From the human T2T-CHM13v2.0 reference genome, Homo sapiens, in assembly GCF_009914755.1 (NCBI RefSeq), contig NC_060928.1: a stretch of DNA of 64,000 nt, one strand, 5' to 3'. Shown piece by piece: positions 12,938-25,630 of this stretch. The notes below the pieces were generated by a model. It was not told the origin of the DNA. It did not search any database and worked only from the letters and a program-made list of their open reading frames with translations. Position 1 is the stretch's first letter; each line of letters starts with the position of its first letter. Made by a program: the position numbers and the translations under genes.

Positions 12938-13152
12938 CAGAGGTGTCCAATCTTTTTGCTTCCCTGGGCCACATTCGAGGAAGAAACATTCTCTTGGGCC
13001 ACACATAATATATACTAACAATAGCTGACGAGCAAAAAAAAAAAAAAAAAAACTCACAGTGTCTTAAGAAAGTCTACCCACTATGTGTTGGGCTGCATTC
13101 AAAGCTGTCCTGGATCACATGCAGCCCATGGGCCACGGGTTGAACAAGCTTG
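12938..13152 (+). mobile_element. MER30 (hAT-Charlie MITE)
   Basis: cagaggtgtccaatct...tgggccaca...gggttgaacaagcttg; 8-bp TSD cttcaaag/ctttaaag. Confidence 0.9.
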
Positions 13153-13669
13153 CTTTAAAGTAATAGCATAGTGCCTAATAAACACCTAGATATATTTCTC
13201 TCAGATAATTACTAGTGAAGTTTATAGAACTAGATCTGAATTTTGAAACTTGTCTCTGATTGGACAGAGGCATAACAAACAACATTCTTTGCCATCTGTA
13301 AGTAACTACAGTTCTTAGTTATCCAAGTGTTGGAATTGGGGCAGGCAACAGAAAGAACATTGTATTTGTCTGCAGAATACTCTTGATTATCTCTTCAAGG
13401 AAAGGAGACTTGGAATAGGTCTTGTCTTCTTCATGTAAGTGTGCTCTTTGGAAAACATATTTGAACTTGCATGCAAATGACTTTCAGAGAGTTTGCAACC
13501 TGGTAGAGCAAACCATGCTTTGTTGACCTGGATCAAGACTCCCAGAAGAGGGGCAACTTCCCTAGCTCCATACCAATCAGCTTTTACCACTTCTTGGATT
13601 CCATTATCCATGATTTTTTGAACACAGCAAATATCAACCCATCAAAGTTACTTTATGAAGAGAAGCACC

Positions 13670-13985
13670 CATTCTCCTTGATTTACGATGGGGTTATGTC
13701 CTGATAAACCCATCGTAAGTTGAACCTATTGTAGGTAGAAAATGAATTTAATATACCCAACCTGTTGAGCATCATAGCTTACCCTTAAACATGTTCAGAG
13801 CACTCATATTAGCCTACTGTTGGGCATAATCATCTAATGCAAAGCCTATTTTATAATAAAGTGTTGACTATCTTGTGTGATTTATTGAAAGTAAAAGATA
13901 AAATGGTTGTATGGATACTCAAAGCATCATCCATAAAGTTTTAAAAAATCATTAAGTCACACCATGGTAAGTCAGAGACCATCTG
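13670..13985 (+). mobile_element. MER47A (TcMar-Tigger MITE)
   Basis: ctccttgatttacgatggggttatgtcctgataaacccatcgtaagttgaa...taagtcagagaccatctg followed by TA. Confidence 0.85.
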
Positions 13986-14508
13986 TAGTAGACTTTCTTT
14001 CATAAGGAATACAAGTAATAGCCCAAATAAACATCTTAAGGAAAGAACATAAAAGACTAGGGAGAGGGGTAGTTGTTGGGAGTGGGGAACATGAAAAAGA
14101 GAGAGAGAGACAGATATCAGAGCCATTTTTCCAGGCTCTTAAAGATTGTCACAGGGTAGGACCTTCAGGGAGAAAAAGTTAGGAACGTGTTTCCACACTA
14201 ACATCCATGCTAACATTAACTCCCACAGGAGTATTCAGAAAGCTCAGTGGTGCCTCTTACTCTTATATGATGTTTTAATTATGTTTATATATCATCCAGT
14301 GTTTTGGGAGGCAGAGAAGAGGCTGGCCACATCTTACTGTAGCATGGGTTCTTATCCTATGCCTCTTTTACCCCATTAGATATTAAAGTGAAGTTGTTTC
14401 ACATGTTGTATGTGGATGACTGAACAGAAAACAAATCATGAGCAATGCTAAGTTTTAGTAATTACTGATCATAACTTTAATTGTCACTCAGTTGCATCTA
14501 GAAATAGG

Positions 14509-14908
14509 TGTCATTTAGTCCATCTATTAAGTTTCTCCAGCAAAACAGAACCAACAGAATGTGTTTACATATAAAGAAAGAGAGATCTATTTTAAGAAAT
14601 TGGTTCATGTGACTGTGGAGGTCTAATGAGTCAAAAATCAAGGTGCTGGCAAGGTTGGCTTCCTTTGAGGCCTCTTTCCTGGGCTTGTGAATGTCAGACC
14701 ACTTGCTGCCTCTCCACATAGTCTTCTGAGTGTCTTGAACTCCTCTTATAAAAACACCTGTTAGACTGGGTTATGGCCCACTCTAAAAGTCTCATTTTAA
14801 CTTAACCTCTTTAAACGTCCTATCTCCAAATACAGTCACATTTTTAGGTAGTGGGGGGTTAGGACTTAAATATATAAACGTTGGGGGACACAGTTTAGCT
14901 TGTAACCA
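14509..14908 (-). mobile_element. MLT1B-like LTR with an MLT2 (ERVL) fragment at 14523-~14635
   Basis: The MLT2 signature ttctccagcaaaacagaaccaacag..ttttaagaaattggttcatgtgactgtggagg switches to MLT1 tcaaggtgctggcaaggttgg..cctatctccaaatacagtcacatt..gggggacacagtt. Confidence 0.8.
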
Positions 14909-15129
14909 TCCAAAAGTGAAATTTATGTTTCTCCATTTTGTTATTTGTTGTTGCAATATTATTTTAATAATGAATTATTTGTAGGTAATGGTAAAGCATG
15001 CAATGAAAACTTCCATGCCTGCTAAAACGCTTTTAACCACAAGTTAGAAAAACAAACACATAACCACCCAACAAACCAAATTCTTACAAACAAAAGTAGA
15101 AGCAAAAACATGTACAGATTTTGCAAAAC

Positions 15130-15470
15130 TGAAATAATGGTTGTTAGAGATGTTTCAGAGTTGGCTTAATCCCATTACCCTGGCTCCGATCCTTAGTGAT
15201 TCTGTCAGGTCCACCCTCTGCTATGTCCAGCCTTTGTCCTAGGACTGGTTCCTGGGGAAGATTACAGCCTCATACCCTCAAGTAATGTCCAGAGGAAGAA
15301 GGAATTGTACTTTCTGAGGTTTTCTTTAAGCATGACATAATTCCTCCCTGAGTCCCTCAGGAAACGTCTTTTGGTATTTCATTTGTTTGACTAAGGTCAC
15401 TTTTCCATTCCTGAAGCAATCCCATGTCCCTCAATAAGCTTAGCCTGATTCCTATGTTATTTACTAGGAA
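15130..15470 (-). mobile_element. Old MaLR LTR fragment (MLT1J/K-like)
   Basis: gtccagaggaagaagga...ccctcaggaaac..atttcatttg..aaggtcac..ccattcctgaagcaatc; diverged. Confidence 0.5.
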
Positions 15471-16549
15471 GAGAAAGAGGTATTGTGATGAACTTTGAGG
15501 TCAAACCTAGTCAATCCCCCAAATTTATGGAAACAACAGTGGTGGAGAGGTGGACTAGATTTGAGGGCTAACACCATAATGACCTCTACAATTGCCTATG
15601 AAAAAGAAATGTAACTTGCGTTTAAATTTTAACACAAACACATTTAAATGAAGAATATATTTCATAGAAATAATGGCAAATGGTTTTCTGTAAATGTGTG
15701 CTATTTCCGGGGAGGTTGAAGAGATTGGTGTTGAAGGGCTAATAATTGTATTACTTCCTGCATTAGATTATGGTCCAGTGACCATAATGTCTTTAAATCA
15801 CAAGAAAATAAGTTGGTTTAATATTGGCTTCCAGGACATAGAATGTTTGTTTATTGTGTGAAGTGTTGCATTTTAACTGGGAGCAATGGTAGTTTGATTT
15901 CATTTCCAGTGCCTTGAAAACATCTAAAATGTTCATCTCTCTACTACCATTGTAAACTAAGACACATCAACTACAATTTCTGACAACATTTATATTAGCT
16001 TTATTTTCACTTTACAGGTTCTTACACATTTGATTAAAAATATGACAGATTCTTACAACTCTGAAATTAAAAAAAAAGTTTAAGTCCTTGTATTGTGCTG
16101 TAAAGTCCTTATTATTTTGCAAATATTTTTGTACTTTGAAGCAAAAAGGTGCAACTCTTAATTTTGCATTTGAATGTCTTCATAGATCTCCAATTACTAA
16201 CATAGCCTAACACCGATATTCATAATATGTAAGAGATTGTATTTTCATCACAATGTAGGCAATATGACAATTTGTTTATGGAATATGGTGGGAAAGTAAA
16301 AGTTTTCTTTTGGAGAATTATTCAAATCATGATGGTCCTGCACCTGTGGTAGCATCAGCATATACGGAGTATGAGTGTTTAGAACAATGAGTGTTTATGA
16401 TCTCAGGAAGAAAACATGAAACAATATTCAGTGAGTTCACCAGAACTCAGTCTTCAGTACATTCTTGAAGAGCCATAGAACAATAAAAGAATTTTGTTAA
16501 ATGCTCAATGATTATATAAATAAATGAGATATAATTGAACAATTATGAC

Positions 16550-16962
16550 TAATGAGGTCCGGCAGTATGGAAAATAAACTCTCCTTGGTCAGAATCTTCC
16601 TGCTTACAGATAAATTGAATTGCCCAAAGAATGTTCATTGAATATGGATAACTTGAGTTCATTCTGGAGGAGACCCTCTGAGGACTGCAGAACATATCTC
16701 AGAATCATCCCACCAAAGAGTGAGGATCTAGGGTGTTTATCCATCAATTTCCATTCCCTGTGGGTTAAGCATTGCCTTTGGTACAATTATTGTCCTGAAT
16801 GTATGCCACACCTATCACCACCCTCAGCTCCCTGCAGTCTCAAAGCTTGCCGAAGCAGGGAAAGGTGGGAAGCTGTCTGTGCTCTGTGCATAAGGGACCA
16901 GTCTGCAGGTGAACTCCAGGGTAAGAGAGAGGATATGAATAGGACACTGACAGTTTCTGCTA
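16550..16962 (-). mobile_element. LTR16-like (ERVL) LTR
   Basis: ggagaccctctgaggactgcagaacatatctcagaatcatcccacc..gggtgtttatccatcaa..ccattcc resembles LTR16 consensus. Confidence 0.65.
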
Positions 16963-17320
16963 TTGTAAGTTAGGCTATGTTATGGTAAGAAAAATATATC
17001 CACAGACACCTGTGCCTTGTTTCTAAATATATCTAAAATTGATAGGAAGAGGATTCTGCTTAGTGCAGTCAATGAGAGATCCAGACTATTGGAGGAGCTG
17101 CCACCTCATCAGGGCATATCCTAGAACTCATGCTCTTCCCGTTGTGTAGCATAGGTAGAGAAACAAGAAAATTGCAGAGAAGTTGTATTACTTCAGCATG
17201 AAAGTAGCACACATCACCACAGCCAAGAACTATCCACAACTAGTTGCATATCCCAATCTTACTTTCAGAAGGCAGAAAGTTGTTGAGAAAGATATGTTCT
17301 ACCTGCTTGCCATTACTCTC
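16963..17320 (-). mobile_element. Old MLT1 (K/L-like) LTR fragment
   Basis: gttaggctatgttatggtaaga...cagcatgaaagtagcacacatcaccac..ccaagaacta..tagttgcatatcc. Confidence 0.5.
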
Positions 17321-18487
17321 TGTGTTACATTCTATCAGTCTGGTCATAGCAATAGCAGTGGTGAGAATAGTTGTTGTAATAGTAGTTGTAATAGTACGTA
17401 GTCATCATTGTAATCATTGTAATTAGTGATGTATAAAGAATCTTCGCAACAAAAGAGAGTTGAGAAATCTGAAATATTTTCCAGAAGATATTATTTTTAG
17501 AAAATGTAATTGTTTGACATTAAGAAGAAAGAAGTTAGTTATCATCCCAACTATATCCAATTAGTATACTTTCAGTGTAAACTGGAGGAAAGCCCATCCC
17601 AAAATAATTTAAGTACTACTAGCAGTACTGAAAAGTCCAGAGTACACTGCATATCAGGATAGCTTGATGCAAGGGTACAAATACTGTCATTTATAATTTA
17701 CATTTGATTCTGTCCTCTGTGGGGCCTCCATTTCAGATATTCAGACAGAACTTGCTTCATGATAAAATGAAAAGGAGATGGGTTCAGAATAGACTTGGAG
17801 AGGCAGTAAGAGTACATGAAGTTTAGTTTTCCTTGACAATGACATTTTAAGATATTATTTGCTTTCTGGGCCAATAAGCTGCTTGCTTTGATTATTTCCC
17901 TAGAGGATACTGTTAATGGTTTCATCAAAAGCAGAGGCATGGTATTTAATTTTGCTTGCCCGAACCTCCCTCAACTTTTGGATTTCAGTAAGTCCGCTCT
18001 ATGCAAGCACTATTTATGGGCATTCAAGCTCCTCTCTAGGGGATCTTCTTACTCGTAAGATAAAGCTGCTTCAGGTAGATTCTTTCTCCCATGGATCATT
18101 TCTGGATCACAGGAAACGTACATGAATTTTTCTCCTAGCCAAAGTACAGGTTTGTAATTTGTTGCCAAACAGGAACAACATTTTCCTTCAGACCCATTAT
18201 TAAATTCATAGCTGTCCCTGCTCTTTGCGATTTTCCAGATATGATTTAAACACTGGCCCACTGTGTCTCTCCCTAACTGCAACAGACACATTTAAAACTC
18301 CCCAAGCCATCCAAATGAAGTCCCTATATAAGGCTTATGGTGGGGGAAAATTACCACCCACCACACTCTCCCTTTAGGAAGGTGAATTTCTCACAGAGCT
18401 ATCCAAAGAAAATCTGATTATATATCATCTTGCCAACTTCAACAGGTAGGCCTTATTATATTTAAAGAGGGTAAGGAGGTTTAAGAG

Positions 18488-18843
18488 TGCCATGGATTGA
18501 ATTTTCTTGGTCCCTATCAAATTCATATGTTGAAACTGAATCCTCAATGTGAGTGTTTATTTTTATGTGAAGTTTTTGGGAGGTAATTAGATCACAAGGG
18601 TGGAGCCCTTGCTAATGCAATTAGTGCCCTTATAAAAGAGGCCTCTGAGAGATAAATGAGAAATAGTGAGCACAGAGTGAAAAGACAGCTGTCTATATGC
18701 CAGGAAGTGGATGCTCACCAAAGGTAAAATCTTCCCCTGCCTTGATCTTGAACTTGCCAGACTCAAGAACTGTTAGAAATACATTCCTGTTGTTTATAAG
18801 CCACAAAGTCTATGATATTTTGTTATAGCAGTCCAGACATACA
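18488..18843 (+). mobile_element. MLT1A/MLT1A0 solo LTR
   Basis: tgccatggattgaat..aaattcatatgttgaaa..ggtggagccct..attagtgcccttataaaagaggcc..ttgtttataagccac..ttttgttatagcag. Confidence 0.9.
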
Positions 18844-21416
18844 AGTTTTTTTAATGATCTGTAATACTAACTATATTTGAGTTCTACTAAGTATTAACAT
18901 TTCACTAATCTCTTTTGTCTTAGAATATTAGTCAAAACTCCCATTTTAAGAGAAGCTACACAGTCTTGGGTTCGGTTCAAATCCCCTTAGAAAAAGTGAT
19001 AACTACTTTCTCAATATCTCAGAAAATGTTTCATTGGTCCTGATTGAGTGATGGGTCCATCCCTAATATAATCCTTGAGGGAAGAACATACTTTGATTCC
19101 CTTCACATCTGAGCTGGGAGATGGAGCTCCCACAGAACACGTGTTATAAGAGGTGGAGAATGGATGGTTCTCCCATTCTGGTGGCAAAAATAATAGATTC
19201 CATTTCAAAACCTTATATTGTGAAGTAGGCAGTGAGGGGAGCAATTGAGAGCTTTTATAGGCTACATGTAACACAATTAATGGTGTCAATAACAGTATCA
19301 TTTTGGCACATTAATCAATTATCGATTAAGGGAGTAAAGGTGGTAAGAAGAGGTGGTATTGTACTTCTTCTCTCCTATATTGTCAAAGATCTCCTTCTTG
19401 CTTCTTTCATGGCTTTTGGCTTCCTGATGGCTTCCAGCAGCTTTTGTGTTGTTCTTAGGATTTACATATCGTTTGCTTGAATAAAAAATACAGACAATTT
19501 TGCATTTTTTATAACCATATGAAAACTCTTTGGAGTAATACTTGTATTTGAAATTATTACCATGACAATCATTACACACATCTATCAAGATTTTATTTCT
19601 TTAGGACATTCTGTATCTAAATTTCTAGGACTTTCTAAGAAGGGAGAAAAAGGAACATCATACACAATTATTTTAAATAAACTTCAAAGTACAGTTAGAA
19701 CAGAAAAAAACTTTTCATTATTTTATACATTTTATTATGTAACTTTTGTCCATGTTGAGTTCACTCTAAGTCATGATGCTGTTCCTCACGTTTCTCTTAA
19801 TTATATTCTCTAATAGTAGAATGTGTACAGTTTTAATATTCTCTAAGCTTTAGTCAAGGGCAGCTTTGTTCTTTAAGCCTTCATATATTCAACAGCTATC
19901 ACCAAAATAATATTCAATCTTTAAGCCAATTTTCTATGTCAGATAATTCTTTAAAATGTCATGGTTGGTTGCTTTAATTTCATCACCCCTTCGAAAGACC
20001 GTTTGGGCTCTAAAATGGTTACATATGTCTTGGTTAATGTCCTCAGTCATGGTGCCTTCAGCTGTCTTTTCATTTCTGGACCTAGGAGACTTATTCAATT
20101 TCCATTATATTGTATGGCTAATCAAAAGAAGGTCTTTACACCCTACTTATTTAGCTGTCAGAAGTACCTGTATCAAAAGAAAAATACAAACCAAAATAAT
20201 CTAAATAAGCATTTCTTAAGGTTATGACTCCTGCACTGAATTTACGGAAATATTTTTGGTCAATTTCTGGCTTTTGAGTATAATTAGTACAAGTGATCAG
20301 AGAATATGAATCAAGTTTTCATAAATCGTTATCACTTGTGGAACTCTTTCCAGAGCTAAGAGGATACAACTGTTTGCATACCTAGTTCCTAGTAATATTC
20401 ATAAGTGGACAACTTTCAAGCTCTAGCTTCAAGTTTATCATCATCTGATTTACAATAATTTATTCTTTGGTGCCAAATTAAACCTTTTGTTCCTAACTGC
20501 AAAGAGTTATTAAGATTAATAGTTTGTCCCCACAAAAGATTTTCAATAAATTTCCCTTTTGTCTTCCTTTTCTGATGGGTGAGAAGGGAGGGAACCTTTC
20601 AGAAAGAGTGACAATGGATCAGTTACAGAGATAAAATCAACAGCAACTCTCTGGATTTACTTCCAGTAAACAACATCAAAATGATACAGGGTTGGAATTT
20701 TGTGAATCTATTAGTTAATGGTGGTTTTTTTTTCTTAAAAAATTTTAAACTGCTCTATTTCTACCTCCTGGATCCTTTCAAATTCTATCACCATCTACTT
20801 TAGATCCATTGGATTAATTATTTTACCTGCTCAGTTTTACTAATTATTTATATTATTGGAGAAAAAATATTGCCAATACTTTAATAAAACTCAGCATATG
20901 TACAATATAAGTGGGAAATTAAAGCAGAGAAACAGATGCATTCAGATTAATTTATAAAATATGCTCTAATATATGTCTTAATGATATATTAGAGTGAAAA
21001 ACTATAGTTAAAACTTTAGGAGTAGCAAAATATTACCAATCATTTGCAGAGATATGAAAAGAAAATCAGATGCCCAATAAGAAATTACTGAAGCATTGTT
21101 AAAGCAGACTTTGTCTCCTTTAGGAATCACTCTCTTTCTAATCCCCCAATTTTTTTTTGTTTCTTGGAAAGTTACAACTCTGTATGTAATTTACTTAGTA
21201 TTTTCTTGAAAAAAAAAAGAAGAAAAAGTTTGGAACCTTAGATTTAACTCATTTCTGGATAGATTATTCACATTTTTAACCAGATATAATTCTTGCTTAA
21301 GTTCTTTGAATAAGTTTTTCATAAAATACTGTGCCTTGTTACGTGATATGCCAACCACAAATTGTACTTTTAATATTTAAGGTGGAGTTCTTTCTATTAG
21401 AAATAGCTTCTCTTAA

Positions 21417-21739
<323 letters not shown>

Positions 21740-22657
21740 TAAAAAGCTTCAAAGAAACACTTTTTACAAAAGATTAAAAACAGGAAAAGAGTAAGAGAAT
21801 AAACCCTACACTACAGAATGAACTAGTTATCATTTACTAACAAATGGTACAAGCACCACACACTCACAGTATATCCCCTCTCCCATCCCATCTACTATGA
21901 TATATATCTACATATATGTATGTGTGTGTATATATTTACACACACCTATACCTATGCAATAATATCTTAAAATTCTAAAATAAGGAACATGGTCTAAGCT
22001 AAGATCTTACTACATAGTTAAAATCAATACAATTTTTACTTTTCCAGGAATTTTAAACTGTGGGATTACTGCATGTGATTACCATGGAGAGGGGATGAAT
22101 GTTAATAAATGAAAGTGCATAAATTATATCCCTATTGATTTGTTTGAATTCCCCTTTTGTAGGGAATTAGTGGAAGCCTTAGCTTAAATAACTATTGAAG
22201 TGCCAGCAGCACTTTGGTTCACCTTTTCTTCAATATTGTGATTCTTTTTGTCATAAGATGCACATCTCTGAAAAATACTGATTTGCTTTCACAAGACCTA
22301 TTAACTTTCTAGTATCAGATCTTACATTTTAATTGCAGAGAGAATCTAGTTCCTCCAGCTGTCATTGCTTAAATACTAAGAAGCTTTCTGCAACACCTTG
22401 AATTTAACAACAGCATGTCTACGAGTCATGCTATTATCTTTCCCTGTTTCATTAATCTGTGCAGTATTAGAACTTCTACAGAGGACACGATTGAAATGCA
22501 TACTTGCTCTGAGCACCTCTTAGAGCTGTGGCTCTGCCGTGGACTGTGGAAGCCTCCACTATTTTAGGGCAGTTAGGCATGTTTTTCCTATATGCCAATG
22601 GCCATTCCTCTAAAGTGCTTTGAGCTTTAGTGACTTCCAAAATCAAAACTTGGTGCA

Positions 22658-22963
22658 GGCTGGACACGGTGGCTCTTGCCTGTAATCCTAGTACCTTGAG
22701 CAGCTGAAGTGGGAGGATTGCTTTAGCCCAGGAGTTCAAGACTAGCCTAGGCAACACAGTGAGACCCTTTCTTTACAATAAAATAGAAAACTAGCCAAGG
22801 TGGTGGTGCACACCTGCAGTCCCAGCTACTCGGGAGGCTGAGGTTGGAAGATTGCTTGAACCCTGGATGTTGAGGCTGCAGTGAGCCTTTATTATGCTAC
22901 CAAACACCAGCCTGACACAGTGAGACCCTGTCCAAAAAAGGAAAAGAAAAGAAAAGAAAAAAA
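22658..22963 (+). mobile_element. AluJ, full length
   Basis: ggctggacacggtggct...gaggattgcttta-gcccaggagttcaag...; TSD aacttggtgca/aacttgatgca. Confidence 0.95.
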
Positions 22964-25439
22964 GTAAAGTAACTTGATGCAACAATTGAAGTAAAAACTA
23001 AAGTTCTTGGGGGGAATATCTGACTCCGCAGTTATTTAACCCTGACATAGTCATTGCTAATAATTTCCAGTAGCTTTATGGCTAAGTTCATCACGGCATA
23101 CATGATACTAAGACTTTCTGGATTCTGAGGTTCTTTAATTACAGAAGGTTAAAATAATTTGGATTTATTTTTTGATCCTCAGTTATCAACAAAAATGTTT
23201 AAATTATGCTCAGTATTATCTGGTTAAAACAGCAAGAAAGTAGATGAAATGTTAATTTAAATATCTATAAAATAGTCAAAAACTTTAAAGTTAATATGTA
23301 AAGCAACAAAATTCTGTTTTCAGGAAAAGTAATTTATGTGCAAAGAACTTTATTAAGGAAAATCTTTCCTTTTACAATAATGAAAGATAAATAAATTGCC
23401 ACTGTGGTTATTTTCACTTTCTTAAATACAGTCACATTTTGTGTCTGTCAGACTGAAGATAAGAACCCCACAGAGAAAAGCTAAGAACATGTAATTAATT
23501 CATTGATAGAAACCATTATGGTTTGCATTTCACTATCTTTATAATATTCATGTAGACTATATTTTTCTTTGCTAACAAGAAAAATAATGTTTCATGTGTT
23601 TTTGAAATTTGTTAAATTAGCTATTAAAAGCTATGTGTGATTAAAGAAGATTATGAACTATAGCGGACATATGGAGACATGTATTTAGTAGACATGTAGC
23701 AACTGTTATCAGGACCAGTATGAATAAGTAATATATATTATAAAAACTATAAGCGGTGATGACAAAAAAAGAATACAGAATATTTTCATTAACTTCAATA
23801 TATGAAATCAAGTAACAGCAGCAATTAACAATCACTGCAAATGAATATACAACAATATCGATCATTCAAAAAGTGAAAAAGAAAATTAATTAACAACCTA
23901 ATTAAAAATCACAGAATGCCCTCAATTATTCTGTTTAAGTAAGATCATCTTTTTAGTTCTCAGTTTAGAATTTGGACTAATTATTCAATTAAATTTCAGA
24001 GAAACATCAACCTTATAAAAACCTCTATTCTGGGCATTTAAATGTAGATTATTAAATATTCTTAATGAACACACAGCCCATCTGGCATTCCTTTGATCAT
24101 TTTAGGATATCTCCCCTTTTCTGTCCTTAAACTAAATTATCCTTCCCTTTTATAGATGGATCAGAGATAGCAGCTTTTTAATAAAATAAGGTCAACTTGT
24201 AACATTGGGATCTTTTTATTAGATTTTTTTTTCAAATACTAGTGCTTTGGACTGCTGCCATTTCCTTACACCTGAACTGAGGTTCTTTTTTCTGCTGTGT
24301 CTAGACATTTTTAAATTGTCTTGTCCATGTGGTCATGAATTAGGCTTTATAAAACAGAATAATTACATTTTGTGACTAATTGTCAGCTGTTTCTACTAAA
24401 GAGAATCAAGGTTTATTTTCATTTGCTTGTTTGCATTATACTCTAGATAAGTATATTCAAACAGCTTTCATACCAGTTACACACAAACACAAATCACAGA
24501 CAAAAGATGTTTTAAATTTTCTAATGCAACCTAAACCATTTAAAATGTAAATTGAAGCATAATTACATTTTCTGAACAAATTTTAACAAGCATCTTGCTT
24601 TTAAAGTCTCTGTATGTTTTTGCATGAGTGTGCAGCAGCTTTTATGAGCTAAGTTGTTCAAGGGCTGCAGACATTTTTCATAAAGAGGAAACTGTTTAGC
24701 ACATGGATTCTAGGTCTCCATCCGTGTTAAATCTTTAATATTTGGTTTGATTTGTTTCTGCATCAACTTTCTTTTTTTTTTAATTTAAGGATTTATTTTT
24801 GCCTTGCCCCAACTCAGTACCTCCTTTTGTTTCCAAAAACTTAGCCACTTACTCCAATAATTAGTCAGTCATGTAGATTTTCCTGTATAATGAAGAAGAG
24901 AAATAGGGGAGAATTGTGTATCAAACCACTAAGAACAAACGAACCACCTTCCTCAAAACCGTTTTGTTTCCACAGTCACTGTCCAGCCTTCAGGCACGAA
25001 TGGGGATCCTTTACACTTCTCCTTTTCATTGTCTTGTTTTTCAGGCTTTAGACTCCTCCTAGTTTTTCCATCTATCCCTTCACCAGTTTTGGCTGCTTTC
25101 CACATCCTTATGCAGAGCAAATCAACCCAGTTTCAGCTTCAACCTCCAATCTTTAGTCTTGCGAATCTACCTCTACTGCTTAGAAGATGTCTGTGTGTAG
25201 AGGAGGGAGGGTGGTAAATTTTAAAAAGAAACAAAAAGTTACATGAAGATTGATAATATGCTTTAACTATTTGCTGAAAAAGGAAGGAAAGAAAGTGAGA
25301 AAGATGGAGAAAGAGAGAAAATTGGGCATATTTCTGGTATTTCCATCTTCACTAGAAATACTAAATTATATTATGTTGCATTGTTACTACATTTAAGCCA
25401 TTTATTTAAAGGTCCTATTAGGAGATATAGGACCTATAT

Positions 25440-25630
25440 ATTTCCTAAATACCTATTTCTCTTTAATTTTCATAAAAACATTTGAGCTAGTTTATATTAT
25501 TATGCCCATTTTACAGATGAGGTAATTAAGGAAATTGTCCAACTTTGCCTTGCTGGTGAGGGTAGAATTGTGATTAGCATCCGGGAGGTCTGACTCTAGA
25601 GATTATGCTCCTATGACTACTTTGCCATAG
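25440..25630 (-). mobile_element. MIR SINE
   Basis: tattatgcccattttacagatgagg...tgtccaa...tctgactctaga. Confidence 0.8.

Noticed and set aside
17345-17430. (TAG/TTG/TAA)-rich repeated stretch
   Set aside because: Degenerate trinucleotide low complexity, with no repeat-spacer structure.
19011-19588. Two adjacent minus-strand ORFs (96 and 89 aa) that could be a decayed exon or pseudogene
   Set aside because: No recognisable domain. The gatggacccatcactcaatcaggaccaatga motif looks like an old ERVL LTR, and there is no convincing pair of splice sites.
25410-25435. 9-bp inverted repeat aggtcctat/ataggacct
   Set aside because: Short enough to arise by chance in 64 kb.
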